DNA of 64,000 nucleotides, taken from the NCBI GenBank assembly GCA_964493695.1, contig CAZBPG010000007.1, positions 329-64,328 of the forward strand. The letters are read 5' to 3'. The position numbers were made by a program, and so were the translations under genes. Origin of the DNA: an uncultured Chitinophaga sp. Its GTDB lineage: Bacteria; Bacteroidota; Bacteroidia; Chitinophagales; LD1. Within the stretch, counting starts at the first letter, position 1. Each line of letters opens with the position of its first letter. This document shows, piece after piece, positions 1 to 8,736 of the stretch. The notes beneath the pieces were generated by a model. It did no database searches. It saw only the letters and a program-made list of their open reading frames with translations, and was not told the origin of the DNA.

Positions 1-182
1 ATTTAAGTAATATGAGCATTAGAATAAGCTAATATTTATCTTCTTTAAATAAAATGAACAGTAGCACTTTGTGAAGGGCCGGTTTTTGATGGTTTTTCGG
101 CCTGCTCATTCATAAAACAAGGCAAAAAACGGTTAAGGTAAGCTAAGCAAGCTTAAATAACTGAAGTTGCCAGTACAAAATA

Positions 183-302
183 GCGGGCTTCAGCCCGCAT
201 AAAACAATTATTTTCCGCTTATCTTTTGCTTTGCAGTTGGTTTAAACCAACTGCAAATACAGGATAAAAGGAAATTTTCTGTTTAAGGCGACTAAAGTCG
301 CC
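183..302. ncRNA. Copy A of a ~120-nt three-hairpin structured element (family also at 20321-20441 and 20524-20644); strand undetermined
   Basis: Three hairpins: GCGGGC-TTCA-GCCCGC (183-198), TTTGCAGTTGG-TTTAAA-CCAACTGCAAA (230-257), GGCGAC-TAAA-GTCGCC (287-302). The linker blocks TTTTCCGCTTATCTT, AGGATAAAAGGAA and CTGTTTAA are shared with the other copies. The stems differ from the other copies but stay paired. Confidence 0.45.
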
Positions 303-320
303 AACAACAAGCAACTTGGG

Positions 321-1469
321 TTAAATAATAAAGTCCAAATCGTTGTATGAAGCTATTACCTTGTTGTAATACGCTTCGTACTGAGGCAGGATATTAGTAA
401 TATCGAAAGTTTTGGCTTGGGCGAGTGCATTTTTCTTAAACTCCGTTAAGCGCTTTTCATCTTCAAGAACGTAAATGGCATTTTTGGCCATCTCCTCAAA
501 CTCGCCCACATTGCTCATAAAACCGGTTTTGCCGTGGATGTTTATTTCCGGAATTCCACCGGCATTCGAAGAAATAACCGGCACCTCTACCGCCATGGCT
601 TCGAGAGCGGCAAGGCCAAAGCTTTCGGTTTCGGAAGGAAGAATAAATAAGTCGGAAACCGCGAGCAATTCTTCCACTGCATCCTGTTTGCCCAGAAAAC
701 GAACATCAACGCAAATACCCAGATTGCGGCAAAGAATTTCAATGCCCATTCGTTCCGGTCCATCGCCCACCAAAAAAAGTTTGGAAGGAACCTTTTTATG
801 CACCAGGTCAAACATCTTCACTACATCTTCCACACGTTTTACTTTTCTGAAATTGGAAACGTGTGTCAGAATTTTTTCTCCGTTAGGCGCAATGGCTTTT
901 TTAAAATGGTCTTTATCGGTTTTTTTAAAACGCGAAAAATCAATGAAGTTCGGAATCACTTCTATCTCACGCGTAATGTTGAAGTTTTGATACGTGTCAT
1001 CTTTTAAACTTTTCGAAACCGATGTGATTCCATCGCTGTGATTAATGGAATACTCCACCACCGGCTTATAGCCGGGGTCTTTGCCTATAAGCGTTATATC
1101 AGTACCGTGCAAGGTGGTAACGAAAGGAAGGCTGTATCCTTTTTCTTTTAAAATGCTTCGGGCAATTAAAGCGGAAGAAGCGTGAGGAATGGCATAATGC
1201 ACATGAAGAATATCGAGCTTTTCGAATTTTGCAACGTCTACAATTTTACTTGCCAGGGCGCTTTCATAAGGCTGATACTGAAACAACGGATAATCCAAAG
1301 CCGAAACTTCATGGTAAAAAATATTCTCGTGAAAAGAATCCAGCCGCACCGGTTCCTGATAAGTAATGAAATGAACCTGATGGCCTTTGTTGGCAAGTGC
1401 CTTCCCTAATTCAGTAGCCACAACACCGCTTCCGCCATAGGTTGGGTAACATACAATTCCGATTTTCAT
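321..1469 (-). CDS. bshA: GT4-family glycosyltransferase, N-acetyl-alpha-D-glucosaminyl L-malate synthase (bacillithiol biosynthesis BshA-like)
   Basis: 382-aa ORF. N-terminus KIGIVCYPTYGGSGVVATELGKALANKGHQVHFI and C-terminal ESFGLAALEAMA motif are typical of BshA/GT-B retaining transferases. Confidence 0.8.
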   Translation of the reverse strand: MKIGIVCYPTYGGSGVVATELGKALANKGHQVHFITYQEPVRLDSFHENIFYHEVSALDYPLFQYQPYESALASKIVDVAKFEKLDILHVHYAIPHASSALIARSILKEKGYSLPFVTTLHGTDITLIGKDPGYKPVVEYSINHSDGITSVSKSLKDDTYQNFNITREIEVIPNFIDFSRFKKTDKDHFKKAIAPNGEKILTHVSNFRKVKRVEDVVKMFDLVHKKVPSKLFLVGDGPERMGIEILCRNLGICVDVRFLGKQDAVEELLAVSDLFILPSETESFGLAALEAMAVEVPVISSNAGGIPEINIHGKTGFMSNVGEFEEMAKNAIYVLEDEKRLTEFKKNALAQAKTFDITNILPQYEAYYNKVIASYNDLDFII

Positions 1470-1840
1470 TTAGCTTGTTTTAAATCGGCAATTATTTTTT
1501 GAACAGTAGTTTTTAAAACAGTCAAGTCGAATTTACACGTAAGAAAAACAACTTCATAATCCAACAAGTCATAGTGATGCGAAATGATTTCCCGCATCTT
1601 GATTATTTCATTCCAGTTAACTGCCTTATAATTTGATAAAAGTGTTTTATCTATTTTATCCGATTGTTTAAGCAATTCGCCTATAATCTGAAACCGCATC
1701 ATTATCGCATCGAAGTTAGTTTCTCCGGACGCAGACGAGTTAAAATCACTTGCTTGTTGAATGCCTGAAAATCTTTCTTCAATCTTGCCGATACTCTCGG
1801 CAATGCGTTCAAAGATGTCGAGTAAAATTTCGTTAGGCAT
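1466..1840 (-). CDS. hepT: HepT-like (DUF86) toxin of a HepT/MNT toxin-antitoxin pair
   Basis: 124 aa. Contains the Rx4HxY motif (REIISHHY). Overlaps the upstream nucleotidyltransferase gene by 8 nt and bshA by 4 nt. Confidence 0.7.
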   Translation of the reverse strand: MPNEILLDIFERIAESIGKIEERFSGIQQASDFNSSASGETNFDAIMMRFQIIGELLKQSDKIDKTLLSNYKAVNWNEIIKMREIISHHYDLLDYEVVFLTCKFDLTVLKTTVQKIIADLKQAK

Positions 1841-2123
1841 AAATTATCTCTGGTTCAATATGAACAAGGAACTTTTTTCGCAAATGAGGTCCTTTTCTGG
1901 TTAAATCGATTTTACGATTAAATGTTTTTTCCAAAAATTCCAAGATTCCAACCAATGCAGAAAGCTTAGGCTCTTTTAATTTTACAATTAAATCTATATC
2001 TGAATCTTCCTTTTGCTCATTACGTGCATATGAACCAAATAAACCAATCTCTTCTACACCAAACTTTTCATAAAGCATGGTTTTATCTTTTCGCAGTTCA
2101 GCAAGTATTTCTTCGCGGTTCAT
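1833..2123 (-). CDS. mntA: MNT-type minimal nucleotidyltransferase (antitoxin partner of HepT)
   Basis: 96 aa. GSxxR...DSDIDL nucleotidyltransferase motif (GLFGSYARNEQKEDSDIDLIV). Translationally coupled to the DUF86 gene. Confidence 0.75.
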   Translation of the reverse strand: MNREEILAELRKDKTMLYEKFGVEEIGLFGSYARNEQKEDSDIDLIVKLKEPKLSALVGILEFLEKTFNRKIDLTRKGPHLRKKFLVHIEPEIIYA

Positions 2124-2161
2124 GTTTCAAAAATAGCAAACATGTGATGAGATTGTAAGGG

Positions 2162-5134
2162 CTACTTCCCTAACGCTTTATAAATCACCTCCTGCAAATC
2201 GGTGCGGATGTTCATTTTTACTAACTGATTGTTTTCGGCATTGGGGTAAACGCGGTTGCTGAGGAAAATATACGTCAGGTTATTTTCGGGATCGCCCCAA
2301 ACACAAGTACCGGTAAAGCCGGTGTGACCAAAAACCGAAAGCGGAACTCCATCATAACAAGGTGATGGCTTGCTCACATCCGGTTCGGGTTTATCAAACC
2401 CGAAACCTCTTCGTGAAATTTTTGACTGGCGCGAGGTGAAAAATTTAATAGTTGCTGAGTCGAGAAAGTGCTTGCCGTTGTAAGTTCCGTTGTTGAGCAA
2501 CATTTGAAAAAGTGCAGCCAGGTCAAACGCATTACTGAAAACTCCTGCATGTCCCGCCACTCCGCCATACATAGCCGCACCGGGGTCATGCACGTAACCA
2601 CGCACTACCTGTTTACGGAAAGCAGAATCATTTTCGGTAGGCAGAACTCTTTCGCGCACATACCTTTCTGTGGGGTTGAAACCAATTCGCGTTAAGCCCA
2701 TCGGGCGATAAAAATTCTGATTCACAAATTCCTCCAACCTCTTGCCCGAAATTTTTTCTGCAATTTTTTGAAGAATGTAAAAATCGTTATCACTGTAAAC
2801 ATACTTAGGATGTTCGTCTACCGATGAATGGTTGATAATGCTCCACATGGTATCGGGATAATCGTTGCGGATAAAAAGAGAATCAGCCACTCGAATTGAA
2901 AAAATGGAATCAGCAGTCTTGCGATAATAATTTCCGAAGTTGCTGTCAATGGTGTTTTTGTAAAACATAAAAAATGCTTTGAGTCCCGCCTGGTGCGTAA
3001 GCACATCCCTCAGCTTTAATTTTTTTATAGTTGCGCCCTTAGGCAGAGCGAGATAATCGCCAACAGTTTTATCGAGGTTAATTTTTTTCTGTTCGTAAAG
3101 TTTCATCACTGCGAGCGTGGTAGCGGCCACCTTGGTAATAGAAGCGAGGTCGTACAACTCGGCAGGCTTAACCACCTCAGCGCTCTCGTAAATTTTTGTT
3201 CCATAGCACTTGTTCCAAATTACCTTTCCGTCCTTTGCTATCAACAACTGGCAACCGGGAAATGCTTTACCGTCAATTCCCTTTTGAATGATGTCATCCA
3301 CTCGTCTCAACTCTGCTGTTTTTAAACCAACCTCCTCAGGTGCTGAAATTTTTAAACGATAAACATAGTCGGAAACAAAACCGGCACCTGCGGGAAAAAC
3401 CGGTGAAGCGGTAACCGGCAACTTTCCCGAAATTTTTTCAGCACCAAACAAAGCGTTAGCTGCTGCGAGATTAGTGGCATCGTTGTCTTCATATACTTCA
3501 AGAATCCATGGCGTGTATTCAAAAAACTTCAGCGAGTAAGGATTTCCGAAAACACAAAGCACTACCTTTGTTCTGCCGGTGAGCGAGTCTATAAACTTTC
3601 TGGTTTCTTCGGTTACGTTGTAATTTTTTGCAGCAGCCCGAACCATAGCGTGCAAATCAACTATCACCAAATCATAAGTAGCCAGCGTATCGAAAATACC
3701 GTTGAATGCTTTTTCGTTGTGCTCAAAACTCTGATTAAAAAAATCTATTTCCGCAAAATTATTGATGTGCCGTTGAAAGGGCGATGCACCGGAATTGCCA
3801 ATAGAAAGCGAAGCCACTTTTTTGTAATTCCAATCTTTGAAAGGCAGTAAATTCTCGTGATTCGCAGCAAGCGTTATAGCTTGCTCATACAATTTCTGCC
3901 GAAGCATTTTTCCTTTCGTGTTGTTTAAATCATCGCGCAAATTTTCGAGGGCTACATGCTGCGGTTTATTCAAACCCAGTTTGTATTTATACGCTAAAAC
4001 TTTTTTAACGCGGGCCTCCAACTCGCTTGCAGTAATCACCCCGCTATCCACTGCCATTTTGATTTTTTCAATTCCTTTCGAAGCATCTTCGCTGAACACC
4101 AGAATATCACAGCCCGCCATAAATGCCAAAGAGTCAACCGTGCCGGGTTTGTAATATTTGGCAACACCTTTCATGTTCAGCGCATCCGAAAAAACCAAAC
4201 CATCAAAACCCAGCGAATCTTTCAGCCAACCGGTGGCAATTTTTTTCGAAATGGAAGCCACGGAGCCGGAATCGCTGTCAAGAGAAGGAACGTTTAGGTG
4301 AGCCACCATCGCACTGCCCACATTGTTTTTGAAAAGAATTTTGAAGGGGTAAAATTCCAGCGAATCAAAACCGGCTGCACTCTTGGTTATTATTGGTAAA
4401 TCAAAATGCGAATCAGTATTCACATCCCCATGACCGGGGAAATGTTTCGCGCAGGCAAGTACGCCCTCATCCTGCATACCATCTGCGTATTCAATTCCTT
4501 TAAGCGCAACCTTGTATTTATCTTCACCAAAGCTCCGGTCGTTAATCACCGGATTATCGGGATTGTTGTTTACGTCTACATCGGGCGCAAAGTTGATGTT
4601 GATGCCGATGCGCCTGCATTCGCGACCAATCTCTCGGCCCATTTCATAAATCAAAGTATTGTCAGCCACAGCGCCCAGGGCAATCTGATGCGGAAAAGAG
4701 ATGGTAGAATCTAAGCGCATAGCTAAACCCCATTCGCCATCAATGGCAACAAAACTTTTCACTTTACAGGAGTCTTGAATTTTGTTTGTCCATTCGGCTT
4801 GCGGCTCCGGCAAGCCCTTAAAGAAAATTACACCACCGGCTTTGCCTTGTTTCATCGAACTCAAAACCGAGTCCATGTTATACAGCTTGCCATCGGTGTA
4901 GGCGGCAAGCATAAAAAACTGCCCGATCTGTTCCTCGACAGAGAGTTGATTGTAAACAGAATCAACCCATTTTATGCAAGCAGTATCTTTTTTCCAGTTT
5001 CTGAAATCGGGGTTCTGGGAGTAAGATGATAGACAATAGATGATAGACAATAGACAAACGCAAGCATGAAGCCCGAACTTTCTGATTTCTGATTTCTGAT
5101 TTCTGATTTCCACTTGTGCGAATAGACAAAACAT
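2162..5134 (-). CDS. Secreted fusion protein: glycoside hydrolase family 3 (NagZ-like beta-N-acetylhexosaminidase) N-terminal half plus serine beta-lactamase/PBP-like C-terminal half
   Basis: 990 aa. GH3 motifs (KHFPGHGD, INFAPDVDV). C-terminal ASITK (SxxK) and a class C beta-lactamase-like region. Signal peptide ...CLSSYS/QN. The heptamer repeat lies in the first 20 codons. Confidence 0.8.
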   Translation of the reverse strand: MFCLFAQVEIRNQKSEIRKFGLHACVCLLSIIYCLSSYSQNPDFRNWKKDTACIKWVDSVYNQLSVEEQIGQFFMLAAYTDGKLYNMDSVLSSMKQGKAGGVIFFKGLPEPQAEWTNKIQDSCKVKSFVAIDGEWGLAMRLDSTISFPHQIALGAVADNTLIYEMGREIGRECRRIGININFAPDVDVNNNPDNPVINDRSFGEDKYKVALKGIEYADGMQDEGVLACAKHFPGHGDVNTDSHFDLPIITKSAAGFDSLEFYPFKILFKNNVGSAMVAHLNVPSLDSDSGSVASISKKIATGWLKDSLGFDGLVFSDALNMKGVAKYYKPGTVDSLAFMAGCDILVFSEDASKGIEKIKMAVDSGVITASELEARVKKVLAYKYKLGLNKPQHVALENLRDDLNNTKGKMLRQKLYEQAITLAANHENLLPFKDWNYKKVASLSIGNSGASPFQRHINNFAEIDFFNQSFEHNEKAFNGIFDTLATYDLVIVDLHAMVRAAAKNYNVTEETRKFIDSLTGRTKVVLCVFGNPYSLKFFEYTPWILEVYEDNDATNLAAANALFGAEKISGKLPVTASPVFPAGAGFVSDYVYRLKISAPEEVGLKTAELRRVDDIIQKGIDGKAFPGCQLLIAKDGKVIWNKCYGTKIYESAEVVKPAELYDLASITKVAATTLAVMKLYEQKKINLDKTVGDYLALPKGATIKKLKLRDVLTHQAGLKAFFMFYKNTIDSNFGNYYRKTADSIFSIRVADSLFIRNDYPDTMWSIINHSSVDEHPKYVYSDNDFYILQKIAEKISGKRLEEFVNQNFYRPMGLTRIGFNPTERYVRERVLPTENDSAFRKQVVRGYVHDPGAAMYGGVAGHAGVFSNAFDLAALFQMLLNNGTYNGKHFLDSATIKFFTSRQSKISRRGFGFDKPEPDVSKPSPCYDGVPLSVFGHTGFTGTCVWGDPENNLTYIFLSNRVYPNAENNQLVKMNIRTDLQEVIYKALGK
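5034..5061. repeat. Direct 14-nt repeat GATGATAGACAATA x2 (ATAGACA-type heptamer family) in the signal-peptide coding region of the GH3 gene
   Basis: Read directly from the sequence. Encodes the hydrophobic core LLSIIYCLSS. Confidence 0.85.
5081..5112. repeat. Heptanucleotide tandem tract (TTTCTGA)x4.5, the reverse complement of (GAAATCA)n, in codons 9-18 of the GH3 gene
   Basis: Read directly. The reverse complement GGAAATCAGAAATCAGAAATCAGAAATCAGAA is identical to 6478-6509 in mutL. Confidence 0.95.
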
Positions 5135-5250
5135 TTATCGTGCCCTGCCTAATTCTATTAACGACTTTTCTACGGTTTTATGTTGATTGAATTACAGAAT
5201 TAAAATTTCCCAACAGAAAGCGAATTCTGCAAGGAAGAAATGCAAATAAT

Positions 5251-5258
5251 TAAGTTTG
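5251..5258 (+). promoter_or_regulatory. Candidate Bacteroidetes -7 promoter box TAAGTTTG upstream of mutL
   Basis: Matches TAnnTTTG. Ends 8 nt before the mutL ATG, so the leader would be very short. A single motif match only. Confidence 0.3.
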
Positions 5259-5265
5259 CGAACTC

Positions 5266-7104
5266 ATGGACATTATTCGTCTTCTGCCCGATAATATTGC
5301 CAATCAAATTGCTGCCGGTGAGGTTATTCAACGACCATCTTCAGCCGTAAAGGAGTTGTTGGAAAACTCAATTGATTCGGGTGCTACGCATGTTAAACTG
5401 ATTGTAAAACAGGCAGGAAAAAGTTTAGTTCAGGTGATAGACAATGGTTGCGGTATGAGTGAAACCGATGCCCGCATGTGTTTTGAAAAACATGCCACTT
5501 CAAAAATTCGGGCGGCAGAAGATTTGTTCAACATCCGCACCATGGGTTTTCGCGGAGAGGCCTTGGCTTCTATAGCAGCCATTGCACAAGTTGAATTGAA
5601 AACAAAACAGACCGGTGAGCAATTGGGCACTTTGATTGAAATTGAAGGAATGAAAGTGCTGAAGCAGGAGCCCTGTCAAACAGAAGAAGGAACTTCGATT
5701 GCCATGAAGAACCTCTTTTTCAATGTTCCGGCAAGAAGAAATTTTTTGAAAAGCGATACGGTGGAGTTGAAAAATATTATTGAAGAATTTCAGCGCATCG
5801 CTTTGGCGCATCCTAAAATCGGCTTTCAGCTTTTTAATAACGATTACGAGATGTATCATTTGAAGACAGGGAACCTGAAACAGAGAATTGTCGCCTTGTT
5901 CGGAGATAATTATGCTGAGAAGATTGTACCGGTGGAAGAAAAAAGCTACGCGCTTCATGTCTACGGCTTTACCGGCAAGCCGGAGTTTTCGAAGAAGACA
6001 AGAGGCGAGCAATTCATTTATGTAAACAACCGCTTTATCAAATCGCCTTATTTGAACCATGCGGTTTCGATGGCGTTTGAACAGATGATTCCGCAAGGCA
6101 GTCATCCGTTTTATGTTTTGTTCTTAGATATTGATCCTTCGAAAATTGACATCAACGTTCATCCTGCTAAATACGAAATCAAGTTTGAGGACGAGAAACT
6201 GGTTTACACATTTGTGAATCTTGGAATAAAACATGCATTGGGCGCTTACAGCGTTTCTCCCACTTTAGATTTTAATCAGGAGCACCATTTGAACAACAAC
6301 GATACGTTTACCCAACAGCCGCGCACCTGGCTGGAGATTACCCAACAGGCTACGTCAACAAGAGATGCAAAAAAGTATGCGCCACCCAGTAATTTTCAAT
6401 CGCTTAATAAACGGGAAGAAAATAATTTAAAGAATTGGGAACATGCGTTTGATACAGTAAGCAGTAGTAACCAGCCGGAAATCAGAAATCAGAAATCAGA
6501 AATCAGAAGTTCGGCAGAGCATGACGTTTATAAAGAAGCGGTGCCACCACACCAAATTCAAAACAGGTACATCGTTTCGCAAATTAAGAGCGGATTTATT
6601 TTGATTGACCAGCAAGCAGCACATGAGCGGATTATGTTCGAGCGGTTTTTAAAATTGCTCGATAGAAACCGAAATGAAAGCCAGCGGCAATTGTTTCCGC
6701 AGAACTTAGATTTGAATGCAATGGACACTCAGATTCTTTTGCAGATTCTTCCGGAGATAAACAATCTAGGTTTCGATATTCAGGAGTTTGGCAAGAACAG
6801 TTTTGTCATTCATGGGTTTCCTGCTGATATTTTACAGGGTGATGAAAAGAAAATGATTGAAGAGTTGATAGAACAGTTCAAGATGAATTCGCAGGTAACC
6901 AAACTTTCTAAACGCGAAACACTGGCGAAATCATTAGCACATAGCTCCAGCATTAAGGCGGGCAAAAAGCTGTCTGTAGAGGAAATGAAAACCTTGATAG
7001 ATGAATTGTTCGCCTGCGAAAATGCTTTTACTGCTCCCAATGGCAGATTTACTTTTATAACACTTAATAACGATGAATTAGAAAAGCGGTTCGAGAACAA
7101 ATAA
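5266..7104 (+). CDS. mutL: DNA mismatch repair protein MutL
   Basis: 612 aa. GHKL ATPase N-terminus (IANQIAAGEVIQRPSSAVKELLENSIDSGAT), C-terminal dimerisation/endonuclease region (QAAHERIMFE). Confidence 0.95.
   Translation: MDIIRLLPDNIANQIAAGEVIQRPSSAVKELLENSIDSGATHVKLIVKQAGKSLVQVIDNGCGMSETDARMCFEKHATSKIRAAEDLFNIRTMGFRGEALASIAAIAQVELKTKQTGEQLGTLIEIEGMKVLKQEPCQTEEGTSIAMKNLFFNVPARRNFLKSDTVELKNIIEEFQRIALAHPKIGFQLFNNDYEMYHLKTGNLKQRIVALFGDNYAEKIVPVEEKSYALHVYGFTGKPEFSKKTRGEQFIYVNNRFIKSPYLNHAVSMAFEQMIPQGSHPFYVLFLDIDPSKIDINVHPAKYEIKFEDEKLVYTFVNLGIKHALGAYSVSPTLDFNQEHHLNNNDTFTQQPRTWLEITQQATSTRDAKKYAPPSNFQSLNKREENNLKNWEHAFDTVSSSNQPEIRNQKSEIRSSAEHDVYKEAVPPHQIQNRYIVSQIKSGFILIDQQAAHERIMFERFLKLLDRNRNESQRQLFPQNLDLNAMDTQILLQILPEINNLGFDIQEFGKNSFVIHGFPADILQGDEKKMIEELIEQFKMNSQVTKLSKRETLAKSLAHSSSIKAGKKLSVEEMKTLIDELFACENAFTAPNGRFTFITLNNDELEKRFENK
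6479..6509. repeat. Heptanucleotide tandem tract (GAAATCA)x4.4 inside the MutL inter-domain linker
   Basis: Read directly. Encodes EIRNQKSEIR, the same peptide and reading phase as the inverted tract at 5081-5112. Confidence 0.95.
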
Positions 7105-7149
7105 TTCTTGCACTCATCCGTTTCATACCTCAAATACATTTATCTCCGC

Positions 7150-7821
7150 ATGTTCAATAATATAAATACAAGAAGCGTAACCTTCAATCTCATAGCCATT
7201 AATGTTTTGATGTTTATTATCACGTTGCTGGTTGGCGAAAAAATGTATGAATTGTTTGCGCTCTTTTATCCCGCCAGTCCGTTGTTTAAGCCGATGCAAC
7301 TTATCTCACACATGTTCATGCACGGAGGGTTGGCGCATCTTTTCTTCAACATGTTTGCGCTTTTTATGTTCGGCACTGTCTTAGAACAGGTGTGGGGAGC
7401 GAAACGTTTTTTGCTTTTTTACTTTATAACCGGATTGGGAGCAATGTTACTGCACACCTGTGTGCAGGCGTGGATACTTCACAACTACACCGGTTCGTTT
7501 GCGCCATCCATTGAGCTGTTGAACGAATTTCAGGAGGCAGCGGCCACGTATGTAACGCCTACGGTAGGAGCGTCCGGTGCCATCTTCGGCATTCTGATAG
7601 CCTTCGGAACATTGTTCCCGAACACAGAATTGTATTTGATGTTTATACCGGTGCCGGTAAAAGCAAAATACTTTGTAACCATATATGTGGTTATAGAATT
7701 GTATCAGGGAATGGCCATGAATCCGGGAGACAACGTAGCGCACTTTGCCCACTTAGGCGGTGCATTATTCGGATTTCTATTGGTAAAACTCTGGAACAAA
7801 AACCGAAATACTTTCTATTAA
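7150..7821 (+). CDS. Rhomboid family intramembrane serine protease
   Basis: Multi-TM protein with HMFMHGGLAHLFFNM and GASGAIFG (catalytic Ser) and AHLGG (catalytic His) motifs. ATG at 7150 preferred over the TTG at 7108. Confidence 0.85.
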   Translation: MFNNINTRSVTFNLIAINVLMFIITLLVGEKMYELFALFYPASPLFKPMQLISHMFMHGGLAHLFFNMFALFMFGTVLEQVWGAKRFLLFYFITGLGAMLLHTCVQAWILHNYTGSFAPSIELLNEFQEAAATYVTPTVGASGAIFGILIAFGTLFPNTELYLMFIPVPVKAKYFVTIYVVIELYQGMAMNPGDNVAHFAHLGGALFGFLLVKLWNKNRNTFY

Positions 7822-8705
7822 TACTCTTTGCTTTTATACGGAATCTTCTTCAGCGATTCGAAGAGTGTTTTGCATTTTTCCTCTCCGCTTGCATCGTTCA
7901 TGGCAAATAACCAGTAGATTTCGTAATCGCCACCGTTCATCGCAAGTTGCATAGTTCCCTGCGATTTGTGTTCCGCAATTTCCCAGTTCACAATTATCTT
8001 ATAGGTAAGTTTATTCTTATAGCCAAATCCAACAGTTTTGTCGAACAGATAAACTGCATCCTTACCGACTACTTTGGTTTCGGTATAATCTTTCAATTGC
8101 TGAAATTGAAAGGTGTCTTTCAAATTGGAAACAGAAACACCCAGCACAACCGGTCGCTGATTTTGTGGCAACGATTGAACGGTTCGCAAGGCAAGAAGTG
8201 TTGCGGCTTTATGATGCGCATGAGTTTCGGGAACCGGTAATAAGCAAAACAAAAAATCGTATTTCGTAGTTGTCATAACTTCCGTCAGACGCGTAGTTAC
8301 CCAAGGCACATTCCAGGTAGTGTCAAGTGGCTCGCGTTCGTCCAAACCATAGTGCGCATCCTTTTGGTCAAGAAAGAAGATGTTGTTCGTGCCGATAATC
8401 TTTCCGGCATTGATTAGTTCCTGTTTGCGAATGCGCGGCAAATTTTCTCTGCCAATTTTTTCATCGGTTAGCTCCAGGCCGTAATAAGCCTCTGCCAACG
8501 TGGAATATTTGTAGCCGCCTTCTCCATTAGTAATAACACACTGGTCAACCGTGCCGTTTAATTCGTGTGTAATTTTATAAATGGTGGCAGCCATAGCCGT
8601 TTCATCATCGGGGTGCGCGGTTACCACTAAAACTTTGGGACCCGTCTTCTGCGCTTCTGTTTGAATAGATAACGCAAGCAACGAAAGGAGAAAAACATTT
8701 TTCAT
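7818..8705 (-). CDS. PIG-L/LmbE family deacetylase, secreted
   Basis: 295 aa. Signal peptide, then the VVTAHPDDE motif of the PIG-L family. Confidence 0.75.
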   Translation of the reverse strand: MKNVFLLSLLALSIQTEAQKTGPKVLVVTAHPDDETAMAATIYKITHELNGTVDQCVITNGEGGYKYSTLAEAYYGLELTDEKIGRENLPRIRKQELINAGKIIGTNNIFFLDQKDAHYGLDEREPLDTTWNVPWVTTRLTEVMTTTKYDFLFCLLPVPETHAHHKAATLLALRTVQSLPQNQRPVVLGVSVSNLKDTFQFQQLKDYTETKVVGKDAVYLFDKTVGFGYKNKLTYKIIVNWEIAEHKSQGTMQLAMNGGDYEIYWLFAMNDASGEEKCKTLFESLKKIPYKSKEY

Positions 8706-8736
8706 ATCGTAAACTTAGCAATCATAAATTCACTTT

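Noticed and set aside
183-302. Integron attC site or IS200/IS605-type transposon end as the identity of the three-hairpin element
   Set aside because: There are no RYYYAAC/GTTRRRY core sites at the boundaries. There is no intI, tnpA or tnpB gene in the window. The conserved blocks are internal linkers rather than termini. This is not formally excluded without a genome-wide search.
5500-6105. 201-aa ORF antisense to mutL, and similar long antisense ORFs (24164-24592 in trhO, 63070-63624 and 62796-63275 in asd, 33714-34166 in nfu, 40185-40697 in the esterase, and several inside 17154-20210)
   Set aside because: All lie fully inside strongly supported genes on the opposite strand and have no recognisable motifs. 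They are typical shadow ORFs.
7818-7821. Convergent genes sharing overlapping or abutting stop codons (rhomboid/PIG-L share TTAA; orphan ORF/kbl have zero spacer)
   Set aside because: This is real in the sequence but is most simply a consequence of genome compaction. I have no evidence for a regulatory role.
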